DNA of 64,000 nt from Dehalococcoidia bacterium (GCA_041653995.1 JBAZEK010000001.1:1030613-1094612); one strand, 5' to 3'. Counted from the first letter of the stretch, positions 49,456 to 60,282 are shown. The notes: generated from the letters alone by a model not told the origin. Translations and numbers: made by a program.

Positions 49456-49866
49456 CTACGGTACCGTTATGCCCGATTCCCCTGAGATAGGCACGTATCT
49501 GAATGGACCGCTGTAATCCAGACCCTCCATGCCCATTTTAATATCGTTTACATCCCATATCGAGCTGATGATCCAGACCACCGCCACCTGTTTGCTGGCG
49601 GTAAGCTTTATTAGTATGGGGGCGAAGTCCTTTGTTCCCTGTTTATAGTACTCGATGGGGCCTATCTCGTAACCCTCAGCGACGGATCGCTGCTTCATCG
49701 CGGCCAGCGAGCTCCTTCCGGTCTCATTATCGAGGACCAGGAAAGAGGCATAACTTTTGGATGGATCATAGGTGAAGCCCTGTTCCGGCAACAACGAACA
49801 TGCAAGACACGGCAACGCAAGCAGGACGAGAGCCGCCAGGGTAGCAAGAAGCAGTTTCAGACGCAT
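49456..49866 (-). CDS. small lipoprotein, hypothetical
   Basis: internal ATG 49866 gives MRLKLLLATLAALVLLALPCLACS signal/lipobox; the longer 232-aa ORF upstream lacks support. Confidence 0.4.
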   Translation of the reverse strand: MRLKLLLATLAALVLLALPCLACSLLPEQGFTYDPSKSYASFLVLDNETGRSSLAAMKQRSVAEGYEIGPIEYYKQGTKDFAPILIKLTASKQVAVVWIISSIWDVNDIKMGMEGLDYSGPFRYVPISGESGITVP

Positions 49867-49950
49867 CTTTTTAATTTCCTTACCGGTATTCCGTATATTA
49901 TACAAAATGGCAGGCCTGGACGCCCAATTCGATGTATAATCGTCAGTAAT

Positions 49951-50160
49951 ATGAAAAGGGTCTACCACAACGATAAAATAACGGTTTTCTGGGATTCGGA
50001 GAAGTGTATACATTCCGGCAACTGCTTCTCCAACCTGCCCGAGGTTTTTAAACCGATGAGGCGTCCCTGGGTGGATATCAATGCCGCCGAAGCGGCGACT
50101 ATTAAAAGCGCCATAGACAAATGCCCATCGGGCGCGCTTACCTGTGAACTGCATAAATAG
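49951..50160 (+). CDS. small ferredoxin-like (divergent 4Fe-4S mono-cluster-type) protein
   Basis: 69 aa; KITVFWDSEKCIHSGNC ... CPSGAL Cys pattern. Confidence 0.3.
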   Translation: MKRVYHNDKITVFWDSEKCIHSGNCFSNLPEVFKPMRRPWVDINAAEAATIKSAIDKCPSGALTCELHK

Positions 50161-50252
50161 CGGGTGACTGTCGTTAGGGACATTGGGGGCATGACTAAAT
50201 ACCTATTGATACCGGAATATCTGCTGTTATAATAAGCAGTTGGAGGTGATCT

Positions 50253-50900
50253 ATGGGAATCCAGAATGCGGGACAGGTGCTCGGTGTCGTATGCCTGGGT
50301 CTGGCATCCCTGGCAGCATTTCTCATGGTGCCGGCGCGCGAACTGAGCATACGGGAGAGGATCGGCATACATACGTTTTACTGGGCTTTTGCCGTCTACG
50401 CAGCCTGGACCATATTCTTCATGTCGGCAGACCAGGGCTGGGAAAGATATTTTTATACCTGCATACCGTTGATGCTGGGATTGATCCTCAGCCTGTTGTC
50501 CGAGCTGCAGTCCAAACAGCCGCCCATCAATATAAACGATGCCCGTCTCAAAAAGATCGCCGTCCGGACGTGGCAAAGGCTGCCTAATCACGTGAAAAGA
50601 GGGCTGCAGAGCACCGTCATGAATATACAGGAGGTCCCGGAGTGGGACGAGCTGGACGAGGAATATTCCAGGGATTCCACGGCCAGGGCAGCGCGCTGGT
50701 ATACCATCCTGCCCCTGCCGACCAGAGGTATAATACACGTATCGGAAAGCGACTGCCGAAACCTGCAGGACCAGGCTGTAGCGGCAGCCCTGGCACGCGA
50801 GTTAGGCATGGCATATCAATCCACCAAAACCCCCTTCGACAGCAACGCCATCGAAAAAGCCGGCGACGAGCTGCCTGTTAAATGGAAGTTCACTAAATAG
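50253..50900 (+). CDS. hypothetical membrane protein
   Basis: 215 aa; 3-4 N-terminal TM helices. Confidence 0.4.
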   Translation: MGIQNAGQVLGVVCLGLASLAAFLMVPARELSIRERIGIHTFYWAFAVYAAWTIFFMSADQGWERYFYTCIPLMLGLILSLLSELQSKQPPININDARLKKIAVRTWQRLPNHVKRGLQSTVMNIQEVPEWDELDEEYSRDSTARAARWYTILPLPTRGIIHVSESDCRNLQDQAVAAALARELGMAYQSTKTPFDSNAIEKAGDELPVKWKFTK

Positions 50901-50990
50901 GTCCGGCCTGTTGCATTCGTCTCATATCAACCGTATCATGGTGACGGTTCACTATCTATGCCCGCGGGGAACTGAGGAGGAGAACAGTAT

Positions 50991-52187
50991 ATGCTGAGCA
51001 AAAGCAGGACCTCTGTCAGGGCCGTCGATGTCGACGATGTGCTTTCCGAGTGGCGTTCCAGGGCGGTCACGGTTTTAACTTACGTGGTTCTGATAGTGGC
51101 GCTGCCGGCATTTGCGATTTCAGCGTTCTCCATGTACGCGTCAAAATCCTGGGCCGCGTTTGTCGTGATGAGCGCGGCTTACCTGGGGATGATCGCGCTT
51201 GCCTTATTAAAAAAGATCGATTTCAGGTTGCGGGCCTGGGTGCTGATCACACTGGGCTATATGATGGCCGCGGTCAATTTATGGTATTTCGGGTCCGCGG
51301 GTTCCGCGCGCGTTTATCTCCTGGCATTACCCATTTTGGGATTCATTCTAATCGGTACGCGCACCGGATGGGTCACCACCGCCTTCAGCGCCCTGCTCTA
51401 CGCTGTTTTCTGCCTTCTTGACTATTACGCAATCCTCTCGCCCCGCTTATTGCCTCTCGATAGATTTGATTTGTTGAACTGGGTTACGACTGGTTTTACT
51501 ATGATGATGCTGCTGGTTATCATCGTGATCCTGCTGATACGCATGTACCGTTTCCTGATCAACACCCTGAGGAAAGAGCGTGTCCTTTCGGCCGAGCTGG
51601 AACAGACCTACGACGCGACTCTGGAGGGCTGGGCTACTGCACTGGAATATCGCGACCTTGAAACGGCCGGACACTGTCACCGCGTCAGCGCAATAACCAA
51701 AAGGCTGGCGGAGGCCGACGGCACGGGAGCGCTCGATATAATGGACGTCCATCGCGGCTCCCTTCTGCACGACGTCGGCAAAATGGGCATACCGGACAGC
51801 GTCCTGCTCAAGCCGGGCAAGCTCACCGATGAGGAATTCAAGCAGATGCAGCAGCATACAACCTATGCGTATGAACTGTTGTCCCATATACCCTATCTCA
51901 AACATGCGCTGGATATACCTTACTGCCACCACGAGAAATGGGATGGCAGCGGCTATCCGCGCGGGTTGAAGGGCACGGATATCCCCCTTTCGGCCCGCAT
52001 CTTCTCGGTGGTCGACGTCTACGATGCCCTCATCTCGGACCGCCCATACCGCAAAGCCTGGCAGGAAGAGAAGGCGATCGAATATATAAAAGAGAGATCG
52101 GGCAAAGATTTCGACCCGGCCGTGGTCCAGGCGTTTGTAAAGCTGGCCGAAGAGGAAACCGATTCGCTTTCCAGCAGCGAAGAATGA
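50991..52187 (+). CDS. membrane-anchored HD-GYP domain c-di-GMP phosphodiesterase
   Basis: 398 aa; ~6 TM helices then HDVGKMGIP...HHEKWDGSGYPRGL. Confidence 0.85.
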   Translation: MLSKSRTSVRAVDVDDVLSEWRSRAVTVLTYVVLIVALPAFAISAFSMYASKSWAAFVVMSAAYLGMIALALLKKIDFRLRAWVLITLGYMMAAVNLWYFGSAGSARVYLLALPILGFILIGTRTGWVTTAFSALLYAVFCLLDYYAILSPRLLPLDRFDLLNWVTTGFTMMMLLVIIVILLIRMYRFLINTLRKERVLSAELEQTYDATLEGWATALEYRDLETAGHCHRVSAITKRLAEADGTGALDIMDVHRGSLLHDVGKMGIPDSVLLKPGKLTDEEFKQMQQHTTYAYELLSHIPYLKHALDIPYCHHEKWDGSGYPRGLKGTDIPLSARIFSVVDVYDALISDRPYRKAWQEEKAIEYIKERSGKDFDPAVVQAFVKLAEEETDSLSSSEE

Positions 52188-52350
52188 CAGACCATAGCAA
52201 ACCCGAGGCTATGTCGCTTCAAGCTGTTATGAAAATCCTTCTCAAGAATAATTAATCAGCCCGCTACTGAATTAGGTATGCCTACGTATTTATCAGGCGG
52301 CGCTAAGATTGTATACTTTCCACTCACTACAATGGAGGAGAAAGTATACA

Positions 52351-53187
52351 ATGATAAAAATAATCTGCGACAGCACCGGAGACATTCCCGAGGAAATAAG
52401 AAAGCAGTACGACATCACCATCGTGCCGCTTAACGTGCAATTCGGCACCGACAGCTATCAGGACGGCGTGAACCTTACTGGAACTCAGTTCTATAAGATG
52501 CTGGTGGAGGGCAAGGTGCATCCCACCACATCCCAGCCCGCGCCCGGCGTGTTTGCCGAGGCATATGAGAAGCTGGCCAAACAAACGGATGAAATACTGG
52601 TGCTGACCATATCGGCCGGCATCAGCGGCACCTACGACAGCGCCATGCAGGCCAAACAACTTGTGGACAGCAAGCTTAAAATCGAGGTCATCGATAGCAA
52701 GTGGACCTGCGCCGGGCTGCTGCTGCCCACACTCAAAGCTGCCAGGGCGGTTGAAAAGGGCATGAAGATGGCGGAGATCACCAGTATGATAAAGGATATC
52801 CTGCCTAAGATCCGTGTCTACATGATTTTCGACACCCTGGAATACCTGAGGAAAGGCGGCCGCATCGGCCGGGCCAAGGCGCTGCTGGGGGGTATGCTCA
52901 AACTGAACCCGGTTTTGACGCTCAAGGACGGTGTAATCCACCCGGTGACTCAAGCTCGCGGCCGTGCCAAAGCCGTAGATCTATTGGTTGACCTGATTAA
53001 AAAGACCGGTAATCCTGACGAAATCGTGGTGGAAGATGCCACCACACCGGATGAGCTCGAAGACCTGGCCAAACGTATAGGCTCCGCCATCCCCAACGCC
53101 AAAATAATCCGCACCAAGGTTGGCCCCACTATCGGCGTCCACGCCGGTCCGAGGATTATGGTCGCCGGCGCAATAGCCACCGTCTGA
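52351..53187 (+). CDS. DegV-family fatty-acid-binding protein
   Basis: ATG 52351 after GGAGGAG; IKIICDSTGDIP N-terminus. Confidence 0.85.
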   Translation: MIKIICDSTGDIPEEIRKQYDITIVPLNVQFGTDSYQDGVNLTGTQFYKMLVEGKVHPTTSQPAPGVFAEAYEKLAKQTDEILVLTISAGISGTYDSAMQAKQLVDSKLKIEVIDSKWTCAGLLLPTLKAARAVEKGMKMAEITSMIKDILPKIRVYMIFDTLEYLRKGGRIGRAKALLGGMLKLNPVLTLKDGVIHPVTQARGRAKAVDLLVDLIKKTGNPDEIVVEDATTPDELEDLAKRIGSAIPNAKIIRTKVGPTIGVHAGPRIMVAGAIATV

Positions 53188-53235
53188 TCCTCCTCTCCAT
53201 CAGTCAGACTACTGGAACCTGTGAAGAATCCCGAT

Positions 53236-53283
53236 GTGAGCCGGGTGCGGTCTATGTCGTTATCCGGCTCACAGGTTTTTTTT
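53236..53283 (+). terminator. rho-independent terminator
   Basis: GTGAGCCGG-loop-CCGGCTCAC followed by T8. Confidence 0.75.
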
Positions 53284-53479
53284 GCTTTCAGCCCTTCCGC
53301 CGCCTGCAATCGATCCCATTTCAGCAGTGTTTCGGATCAACCCTGTATTAACCCAGTACCTAAGTCATAGTACCATAGTAGTATTGCTAATTTGAATATA
53401 CTGAGGTTATATATATGACATATGTATATGAGGTCGGATGTGAGGGTCCCCTTCAAATCAAACTTATATACATGCAAGG

Positions 53480-55312
53480 GTGAGGGTGAAACCGAATAGA
53501 TATGAAAAAGATCGATCTTTAAGTGAGGCATGGGCCGGCATCGACCGCGAGAGCTGTGATCAGCTGTTCAAATCGATATTTTTGAATTCCCCCATAGGTA
53601 AATACGTTGGGCAGAACGGCAAGTTCGTGCTCTTTAATCCTGCCTTTGAAAAGATCACCGGTCATAAGAAAGACGATCTCAGGGACATGCGCCATTTGAG
53701 CCTGGTCGTCCCGGCCGACAGGGAGCTCGTCAGAAGGAATGCCGTGCGCATGCTTAAAGGTTTGCGCAAAACACCCTACCGGTTCAGGGTATGTACGCGC
53801 ACGGGCGAGGTGCGCTGGATAATCGAGACAGTCGTGCCCATCGTGTACCGGGGCCGGCGCGCCGTCCTGGGCAATTCCACGGACATCACCAGCCAGAAAA
53901 ACCTGGGGGAGTCGTTTAAGGCAAGCGAGGAAAAATACCGCGCGCTGGTGGAGAATATCAACGACGTTTTATTCACGCTGGACACCAGGAAGACTATAAC
54001 TTATATAAGTCCGGTCGTAGAGCGCGTCACCAGCTATAAAGTTAAGGAATTGCTGGGACAACCCTTTACCTCATATGTACATCCGGATGACCTGCCGGGC
54101 CTGCTGGGCAGCTACAAACGCCTGCTGTCGGGGATAGTGGAGCCATGGGAATTCCGCCTGAAGGACAGGGACGGTGAAACCAGATTCGTGCGTTCCTCCA
54201 GCCGCCCGATCTACCGGGAAAAACGCATCGTGGGGGTTTCCGGCCTGATAACCGATATAACCGAGCACAGGAAAGCTGAGGACGAGCTTGTGAGATCCAA
54301 GAACCTGTTGCAGAACGTGATAGACGCCACTCCCGACTGGATGTGCGTCAAAGATTTCGAGCATAAATACATATTAGTCAACAAGAGCTTTGCTCAGGCT
54401 CAGCACCTTTCACCCCGGGATATGATAGGCAGGCCGGATACCGACTTCTTCGCGGAAGAGCTATGCGTGGGTAATCCGGGAAAAGGCATCGCGGGATTTC
54501 ACCATGACGACATGCAGGCCTTTCAGGGCCTCCTCGTGCAGAATCCCGGGACCGTTGTAACCTGGGCCGATAGCTCACAACATATTTACGATATATACAA
54601 TATCCCGTTGAGGGACAACTCGGGAAATGTGTACGCCGCCCTCACGTACAGCCGCGACTCCACAGAGAGACAGAAGGCGGAGGAAGAGCGCGAGGCATCC
54701 ATCAACGCCCTACAGAGGACTTTGCGGGCCCTGGTGGATACCATGGTCAAGGTGGTGGAGATGCGAGACCCATATACCGCCGAACACCAGCACCGGGTGG
54801 CCGACCTGGCGGGCGCCATTGCCAGGGAAATGAAGATGGATGAGCTGCGGATCGAACACCTGGTGATGGCGGCCAAAATCCACGATATCGGCAAGATGTA
54901 TGTGCCGTCGGATATACTCAGCAAGCCCGGCAAACTGACCGACACCGAACTGGACCTGATCAAGACGCATACCCTCGGCAGCTATTCCATACTGCGGGAC
55001 ATCGAGTTCTCCCGTCCCATCGCCTTAATGGTCCTGCAGCACCATGAAAGGCTGGACGGTTCCGGTTACCCCCGGGGATCGACGGGCAAAGAGATGCTGA
55101 CGGAGTCCAAGATACTGGCTGTGGCCGATGTGGTGGAAGCCATGTCGTCGCACCGCCCCTACAGAGCGGCGCTGGGTATAGATAAAGCCCTGAATGAAAT
55201 ATCAAAGAATCAAGGCAGGCTGTACGATCCCGAAGTTGTCGACGTCTGCCTGATGCTGTTTAAAGAGAAAGGATTTAAATTCGAGGACAGGTTCGTCTAC
55301 AGGGACCTGTAG
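53480..55312 (+). CDS. PAS-domain (x3-4) sensor fused to HD-GYP phosphodiesterase
   Basis: 610 aa; HDIGKMYVPSDIL...HHERLDGSGYPRGS. Confidence 0.85.
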   Translation: MRVKPNRYEKDRSLSEAWAGIDRESCDQLFKSIFLNSPIGKYVGQNGKFVLFNPAFEKITGHKKDDLRDMRHLSLVVPADRELVRRNAVRMLKGLRKTPYRFRVCTRTGEVRWIIETVVPIVYRGRRAVLGNSTDITSQKNLGESFKASEEKYRALVENINDVLFTLDTRKTITYISPVVERVTSYKVKELLGQPFTSYVHPDDLPGLLGSYKRLLSGIVEPWEFRLKDRDGETRFVRSSSRPIYREKRIVGVSGLITDITEHRKAEDELVRSKNLLQNVIDATPDWMCVKDFEHKYILVNKSFAQAQHLSPRDMIGRPDTDFFAEELCVGNPGKGIAGFHHDDMQAFQGLLVQNPGTVVTWADSSQHIYDIYNIPLRDNSGNVYAALTYSRDSTERQKAEEEREASINALQRTLRALVDTMVKVVEMRDPYTAEHQHRVADLAGAIAREMKMDELRIEHLVMAAKIHDIGKMYVPSDILSKPGKLTDTELDLIKTHTLGSYSILRDIEFSRPIALMVLQHHERLDGSGYPRGSTGKEMLTESKILAVADVVEAMSSHRPYRAALGIDKALNEISKNQGRLYDPEVVDVCLMLFKEKGFKFEDRFVYRDL

Positions 55313-55453
55313 CTACCGCCTGCCGATATCACCGCCATCTTTCTAAACCACTTTGCTTTCCTCTACGTTTTAATATTTGATCAATATTTGAGCTGTATAC
55401 TGTTTATGTAAACAGCTTAAGATGGTCAATTATAGTGCGCAGGACGTAGATAA

Positions 55454-55651
55454 ATGCTGAAGAATTTGTACTGCCCCAGGTGCATGGCGCGGGTTATGTG
55501 CGGTGAGAGATTCTGTGGGAATTGCGGTGCAAACCTTGTATGGGCGGTGCGGCCGGCACAGTCAGGTGTGCCTGTGACGCCCATCAGCAAGGATATCTCC
55601 AGATTACTGGCAGACTTCGAGAAGCATATTAAATACAGCCATTCCAACTGA
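55454..55651 (+). CDS. small zinc-ribbon protein
   Basis: 65 aa; CPRC-x10-CGNC. Confidence 0.4.
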   Translation: MLKNLYCPRCMARVMCGERFCGNCGANLVWAVRPAQSGVPVTPISKDISRLLADFEKHIKYSHSN

Positions 55652-55751
55652 AGTAATACACCGCCCGTTTAAGTTTAAGAGTTGCATAATAAGGAAGCGC
55701 TGACCGGGTCGATGCGATCAGCGCTTCCCTGTTTTATAAGACGTCAGGCTG

Positions 55752-56180
55752 CTACGGCATGGGCGGCGGGGGTGGCATGGTGCCGGGGAAGGGGCCGGGG
55801 AACGGGCCGGGGAACGGAGCGGGCCGCGGCGCCGGGTATGAACGATACGGGTAGTTATACCAGGGTGTGCCGTAGGAGTAGGTCCGGTAATAGATAACGG
55901 TGGGTTGATAGGCCGGCTGCGCAGAAGTTACATACGTATTCTGCTGCCGCAGTTTGGCCTGGGCTTCAGCCAGCGATTGCTGGGTAGTATTCAGTTGCTG
56001 CTGGGTTGAAGACAACTGCTGCTGTGTAGAGTTCAGCGAGTTGTTGAGTGAGTTCACCTGGCCTTGCAGGGCCATGTACTGCTCGCTGCTTATACCAGTG
56101 GAAATGCAACCCGCAGACATCACCGTCATCAGCAATACGACTGATAGAACCGCGATAATTGCTGTCTTTTTCATTTTCAC
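55752..56180 (-). CDS. lipoprotein with Q/N/S-rich coiled-coil and Pro-rich tail
   Basis: 142 aa; lipobox MSAGC. Confidence 0.5.
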   Translation of the reverse strand: MKMKKTAIIAVLSVVLLMTVMSAGCISTGISSEQYMALQGQVNSLNNSLNSTQQQLSSTQQQLNTTQQSLAEAQAKLRQQNTYVTSAQPAYQPTVIYYRTYSYGTPWYNYPYRSYPAPRPAPFPGPFPGPFPGTMPPPPPMP

Positions 56181-56281
56181 CTCCTTTTTCTTAGCATAAA
56201 GGAGGTGAACTCAGTATGCTTGACGGCAATCTGACAAGTTACTGATATCAGGCTAACAAATTATCGATCGAGGCTGAATTG

Positions 56282-57880
56282 TCACGGGGTTACGCTCACG
56301 GTGACCGTGGCGTTATCAGTCCCGTAGCTGTTGATGGCGGTCAAGGTAAAGCTGGTGGTTTCAGCCGGCGATACAGCCTGCGTGTATTTCGAGGCTGGAA
56401 CGCCGATGCCCTGGTCAATAATGTATAAAGTAGCGCCATTCACATTCCAGGAAAGGTTGGATGTCCCGCCCTGAGAAATGCCGGTAGGCGTGGCCGTGAA
56501 AGATCTTATTATCGGCGCAGTGCCGTCGGTTAAAACGCCTACCGCAACCGTGACTTCCTTCTTTACGGAGCCGAACGTGTTGACCGCGGTCAGCTCATAA
56601 GTGGTGGAAGCGGTCGGTATCACCTTCGTCCAGCCGGAAGACGGTACGCTGCCGACATTCGGGCTGATAGAGACTGTCCTGGCCGCATCGACCGTCCAAT
56701 TGAGTGTCACCTCCTCCCCCAGCATGATCGAATTGTTGCTTACGGAGAAGGTTTTAATCCGGGGCGGGTCTTTGGTCAGCGCCGGACCGGTGCTCAGGCT
56801 GGAAGCATCCACGCTGATAGTGACCGTCCTGGTTACCGAGCCGTAGTCGCTGTCGGCCCTCAATGTATATACTGCGGTCTCGGAGGGCGTTATTCTGACC
56901 GTACCCTTTAAGGCCACGCCGCCGATGCCCGGACTGATATTAATCGATTTCGCGCCGATGATATCCCATGCCAGCGTCGCTTCGTCGCCGGCTTTAATCG
57001 AGGACGGGCTGGCGCTGAAGATCGTGATGATGGGCGTCTTGGATGTGCTTACCTCCAGCGCGGCTGAAGCGGTTGTATTGCCGTTGATATTGGCCGCCGT
57101 CAGCACATAGCGGGTGGTCGCTCCCGGGGAAACGACTTTCGATCCGGTCGAAGATACGGTTCCCACCTCCGGCTGGATGGAAACCGATGTTGCGCCGGAG
57201 ACGTTCCAGGATAAAGTGGACGTCTGCCCCACATAGATACCGCCAGGGCTGGCAACAAAGCTGTTGACCGTCGGCGGCTTGCCGGTGACCTCAACGGTTA
57301 TCTCCCTGCTCACAGAGCCGCCGAAACGGCTATCGGCGGTCAGCTTATAGGTAGTGGTTTCATCCGGCGACATTTTCTTTGTTCCGCTGAAAGACACCGT
57401 CCCTATGCCGGGGCTGATGGAGACGGCGGTTGCCTCGCCGACATCCCACTGTAAAGTCACCTCCTGGCCGGATATAATCGTAGATGAACTGGCCTCGAAA
57501 GCTGTAATAACCGGCGGCGCAAACAGTTTTTCAATATCTCCCTTCAAAGCAACGCCCGTGACGATAAGCGCTGTAACAACAAGCAAGGCAGAGGCTATAG
57601 CAATAGTCTTTGTCCGGTTATCTTTTATCCGCTGCAGCAGTTTCGATACGACGCTATTATTCGGCGGTTGTTCCTGTCCCTGCGAATCCTGACCCGCCCA
57701 TTGATTACCTTCCTGCGACTGATACCATTGCTGCTGCTGATCATGCCGGGAATCGTATGACTGGGACTGGCCCTGCGTCTGGGATCCCTGCCAGTTGAGG
57801 ACGGTTTTGCAGTATGAGCACTGCGCCTGTCCGTAGACGACAGGTGTGTTGCAGTAGGGGCAGTAATACATTTGCTGCAT
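56282..57880 (-). CDS. zinc-ribbon (MQQMYYCPYC) – TM – Ig-like-repeat surface protein
   Basis: 532 aa; five ~95-aa repeats with TLxWxVxGAxSVSIxPGIGTVSxSGxxxVxPxxTTxYxLTA consensus. Confidence 0.7.
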   Translation of the reverse strand: MQQMYYCPYCNTPVVYGQAQCSYCKTVLNWQGSQTQGQSQSYDSRHDQQQQWYQSQEGNQWAGQDSQGQEQPPNNSVVSKLLQRIKDNRTKTIAIASALLVVTALIVTGVALKGDIEKLFAPPVITAFEASSSTIISGQEVTLQWDVGEATAVSISPGIGTVSFSGTKKMSPDETTTYKLTADSRFGGSVSREITVEVTGKPPTVNSFVASPGGIYVGQTSTLSWNVSGATSVSIQPEVGTVSSTGSKVVSPGATTRYVLTAANINGNTTASAALEVSTSKTPIITIFSASPSSIKAGDEATLAWDIIGAKSINISPGIGGVALKGTVRITPSETAVYTLRADSDYGSVTRTVTISVDASSLSTGPALTKDPPRIKTFSVSNNSIMLGEEVTLNWTVDAARTVSISPNVGSVPSSGWTKVIPTASTTYELTAVNTFGSVKKEVTVAVGVLTDGTAPIIRSFTATPTGISQGGTSNLSWNVNGATLYIIDQGIGVPASKYTQAVSPAETTSFTLTAINSYGTDNATVTVSVTP

Positions 57881-58106
57881 GATATATTTTTACTTCCGTC
57901 ACAGAGGTAAGTCAAGCTGTATAAATAGTCCGGTGTGCCGGGATTGTTCGATCTTCTCCCTGTGGTTGACGAAGCTTAGCATAATGCATAGTCCGGGCCG
58001 GGTCAACTCATTCTCAGATAAGGACGCCATTGCTTTCGTGCCCTTAATAAATCCTTTATAATTTGCACATAAACTATTACATATATGACAAAAGTGAAGA
58101 TTTGTT

Positions 58107-60068
58107 ATGCAGCAAATGTACTCTTGTCCAAACTGTAGAGCGCTTATTCAGTATGGACAGCCGTATTGCAGCAACTGCGGTATGACCTTTAATTGGCCTC
58201 CTCCACAACCGCCTCCTTACCCATACCCCAACCAGCAATATATGTACGGCAATCAGGGGGCTATGCCGCCCGGGAAAAGCTCGATGGGCGGTTTTGTCTG
58301 GTTTATTGTGATATTGCTGATCGTCGGCGGAGCGATCGGCGGCTTCTATTACGCTACGAACGGAGATGTCTTGAAATGGTTCACCCCACCCTCCGTAACA
58401 TCCTTCGACGCCAGTCCCAAGTCCATCACGTCGGGAGGGACGGCAACATTAAACTGGGCCGTCATGGGGGCTCAATCGGTCTCCATCAGCCCCGACATCG
58501 GGACCGTGTCATCCAGCGGTTCGCAGGCTGTGAATCCTGATAAAACGACCGAGTACACACTGACCGCCTCCAATTTATCCGGCTCCTCCCGCGCCTGGGC
58601 CACCGTTACAGTTACAGCTCCGAGCAAGCCGGCCATCAGCAGCTTCAGTTCCAATCCGGGCACTATCACCGCCGGGCAGTCGGCCACATTATCATGGAAT
58701 GTTACGGGGGCAACCTCGGTTTCCATCAGTCCCGCTGTCGGCAACGTATCATCGAGCGGCTCAAAGACAGTGACACCCACCGAGACAACCAGCTACACGA
58801 TCACCGCCGTCAACGACGCCGGCTCGTCTACAACAACAGCCAAAGTTACGGTGAATCCGTCCGGACCACCGACGATCGCCAGTTTTACAGCCAGCCCGGC
58901 CTCTATCACCTCAGGCGGGAGTTCGACGCTGTCCTGGACCGTCAGCGGCGCAACCTCTGTTACCATTAACCAGGGTGTGGGCACAGTATCGACTTCCGGA
59001 ACCAGGTCGGTATCGCCCTCCACCACAACCACCTACACCCTTACAGCCGGCAACAGCCTGGGCAGCTCCACCGCGACGGCCGCTGTCACGGTCACGGCGG
59101 CAGGCATACCCGTCATAACCATATTCACCGCCAGCCCGTCGCCGATTACCGCAGGGGACAATATGACACTGTCGTGGACCGTAACGGGGGCGACAACGAT
59201 CAATATCTTGCCAGGTGTCGGAACAGTATCGGCAACAGGAACGCGCACTCTGATCCCCGCTGCGACCACCACCTATACGCTAACCGCCACCAACACTAAC
59301 GGCCCGGCGACCGCGACAGCGACGGTGACGGTGGCTTCGGAAGGCCCACCGGTAATCAGCTCGTTTTACCCATCTCCCGTCACCGTTACCTCCGGATCGT
59401 CTTCGACACTGCACTGGACTGTTGCGGATGCGACGGAGGTATCCATTACCCCCGGCATCGGCGTCGTATCTGCCACCGGATTAGAGACGGTAACGCCTTT
59501 ATCCACAACCACCTATGTATTAACCGCCTTTAACAGCCACGGCACAATCACGGCGACGACCGCTGTCACAGTGGCCCCGGCAGGCTATCCCGCGATCAGC
59601 TTCTTCAATGCCGTCCCGGCCTCGGTCGCGTCGGGACAATCGACAACGTTATCATGGACCGTCACTGGGGCGAGCACGGTCTCCATCAACCAGGGCATAG
59701 GCGCCGTTTCGGCCTCGGGTTCCAGGACAATAACTCCCGCCGCCACCACCACATACACAATTACCGCAACCAACGGCTCCGGCTCTGTTGCTGCTTCAGC
59801 TACGGTAACCGTAACGACAACCTCAGGTACGCCTCCGGTAATAGATTCTTTCGGAGCTTCGCCCACTACCATCTCGCCCGGAGGATCATCGCTGCTGAAC
59901 TGGTCCATAACGGGAGCAACTTCCATCTCAATCGAACCCGATATAGGCGAGCCATCATCGTGGGGCTATCAGGACGTATATCCCACGGAGACCACGACTT
60001 ATACCCTGACCGCCTTCAACAGCGCGGGTTCGGATACAGCCACAGTGACCGTGACGGTAACTCCCTGA
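58107..60068 (+). CDS. zinc-ribbon (MQQMYSCPNC) – TM – Ig-like-repeat (x7) surface protein
   Basis: 653 aa; same architecture, divergently transcribed from 56282..57880. Confidence 0.7.
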   Translation: MQQMYSCPNCRALIQYGQPYCSNCGMTFNWPPPQPPPYPYPNQQYMYGNQGAMPPGKSSMGGFVWFIVILLIVGGAIGGFYYATNGDVLKWFTPPSVTSFDASPKSITSGGTATLNWAVMGAQSVSISPDIGTVSSSGSQAVNPDKTTEYTLTASNLSGSSRAWATVTVTAPSKPAISSFSSNPGTITAGQSATLSWNVTGATSVSISPAVGNVSSSGSKTVTPTETTSYTITAVNDAGSSTTTAKVTVNPSGPPTIASFTASPASITSGGSSTLSWTVSGATSVTINQGVGTVSTSGTRSVSPSTTTTYTLTAGNSLGSSTATAAVTVTAAGIPVITIFTASPSPITAGDNMTLSWTVTGATTINILPGVGTVSATGTRTLIPAATTTYTLTATNTNGPATATATVTVASEGPPVISSFYPSPVTVTSGSSSTLHWTVADATEVSITPGIGVVSATGLETVTPLSTTTYVLTAFNSHGTITATTAVTVAPAGYPAISFFNAVPASVASGQSTTLSWTVTGASTVSINQGIGAVSASGSRTITPAATTTYTITATNGSGSVAASATVTVTTTSGTPPVIDSFGASPTTISPGGSSLLNWSITGATSISIEPDIGEPSSWGYQDVYPTETTTYTLTAFNSAGSDTATVTVTVTP

Positions 60069-60195
60069 CGTTTTGAACCTGCAATACGTTTGCGTTCAAC
60101 TAAAAACCGGTATAGCTATAGCGAACCAATCATTACAGGGAATCGCTATAATCCGGTGCACTTATACAGCGATGGAACCCGGCAATAACCGGATG

Positions 60196-60282
60196 CTACT
60201 TCTTCTTGGCTGTGCCCTTTTTAGCTTTGGTCGGCTTACCCTTTGTCTTCGGCGGATTGTGAGCAGCGCACGTCTTGCACAT
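60196..60282 (-). CDS. candidate 28-aa Cys/Lys-rich micro-protein (MCKTCAAHNPPKTKGKPTKAKKGTAKKK)
   Basis: GGAGGA RBS 6 nt upstream of ATG; too short to be in ORF track. Confidence 0.25.
   Translation of the reverse strand: MCKTCAAHNPPKTKGKPTKAKKGTAKKK

Noticed and set aside
49456-50154. Full 232-aa minus-strand ORF
   Set aside because: Only the distal part from ATG 49866 has a signal peptide/lipobox and coding-like character. The upstream part overlaps the plus-strand 49951..50160 ferredoxin-like ORF and was trimmed.
58107-60068. Periodic DNA repeats (~285 bp) that might be taken for a CRISPR or tandem-repeat array
   Set aside because: Repeats are long, imperfect, in-frame and encode Ig-like protein modules. 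There are no short direct repeats with unique spacers, and no CRISPR array is present in the window.
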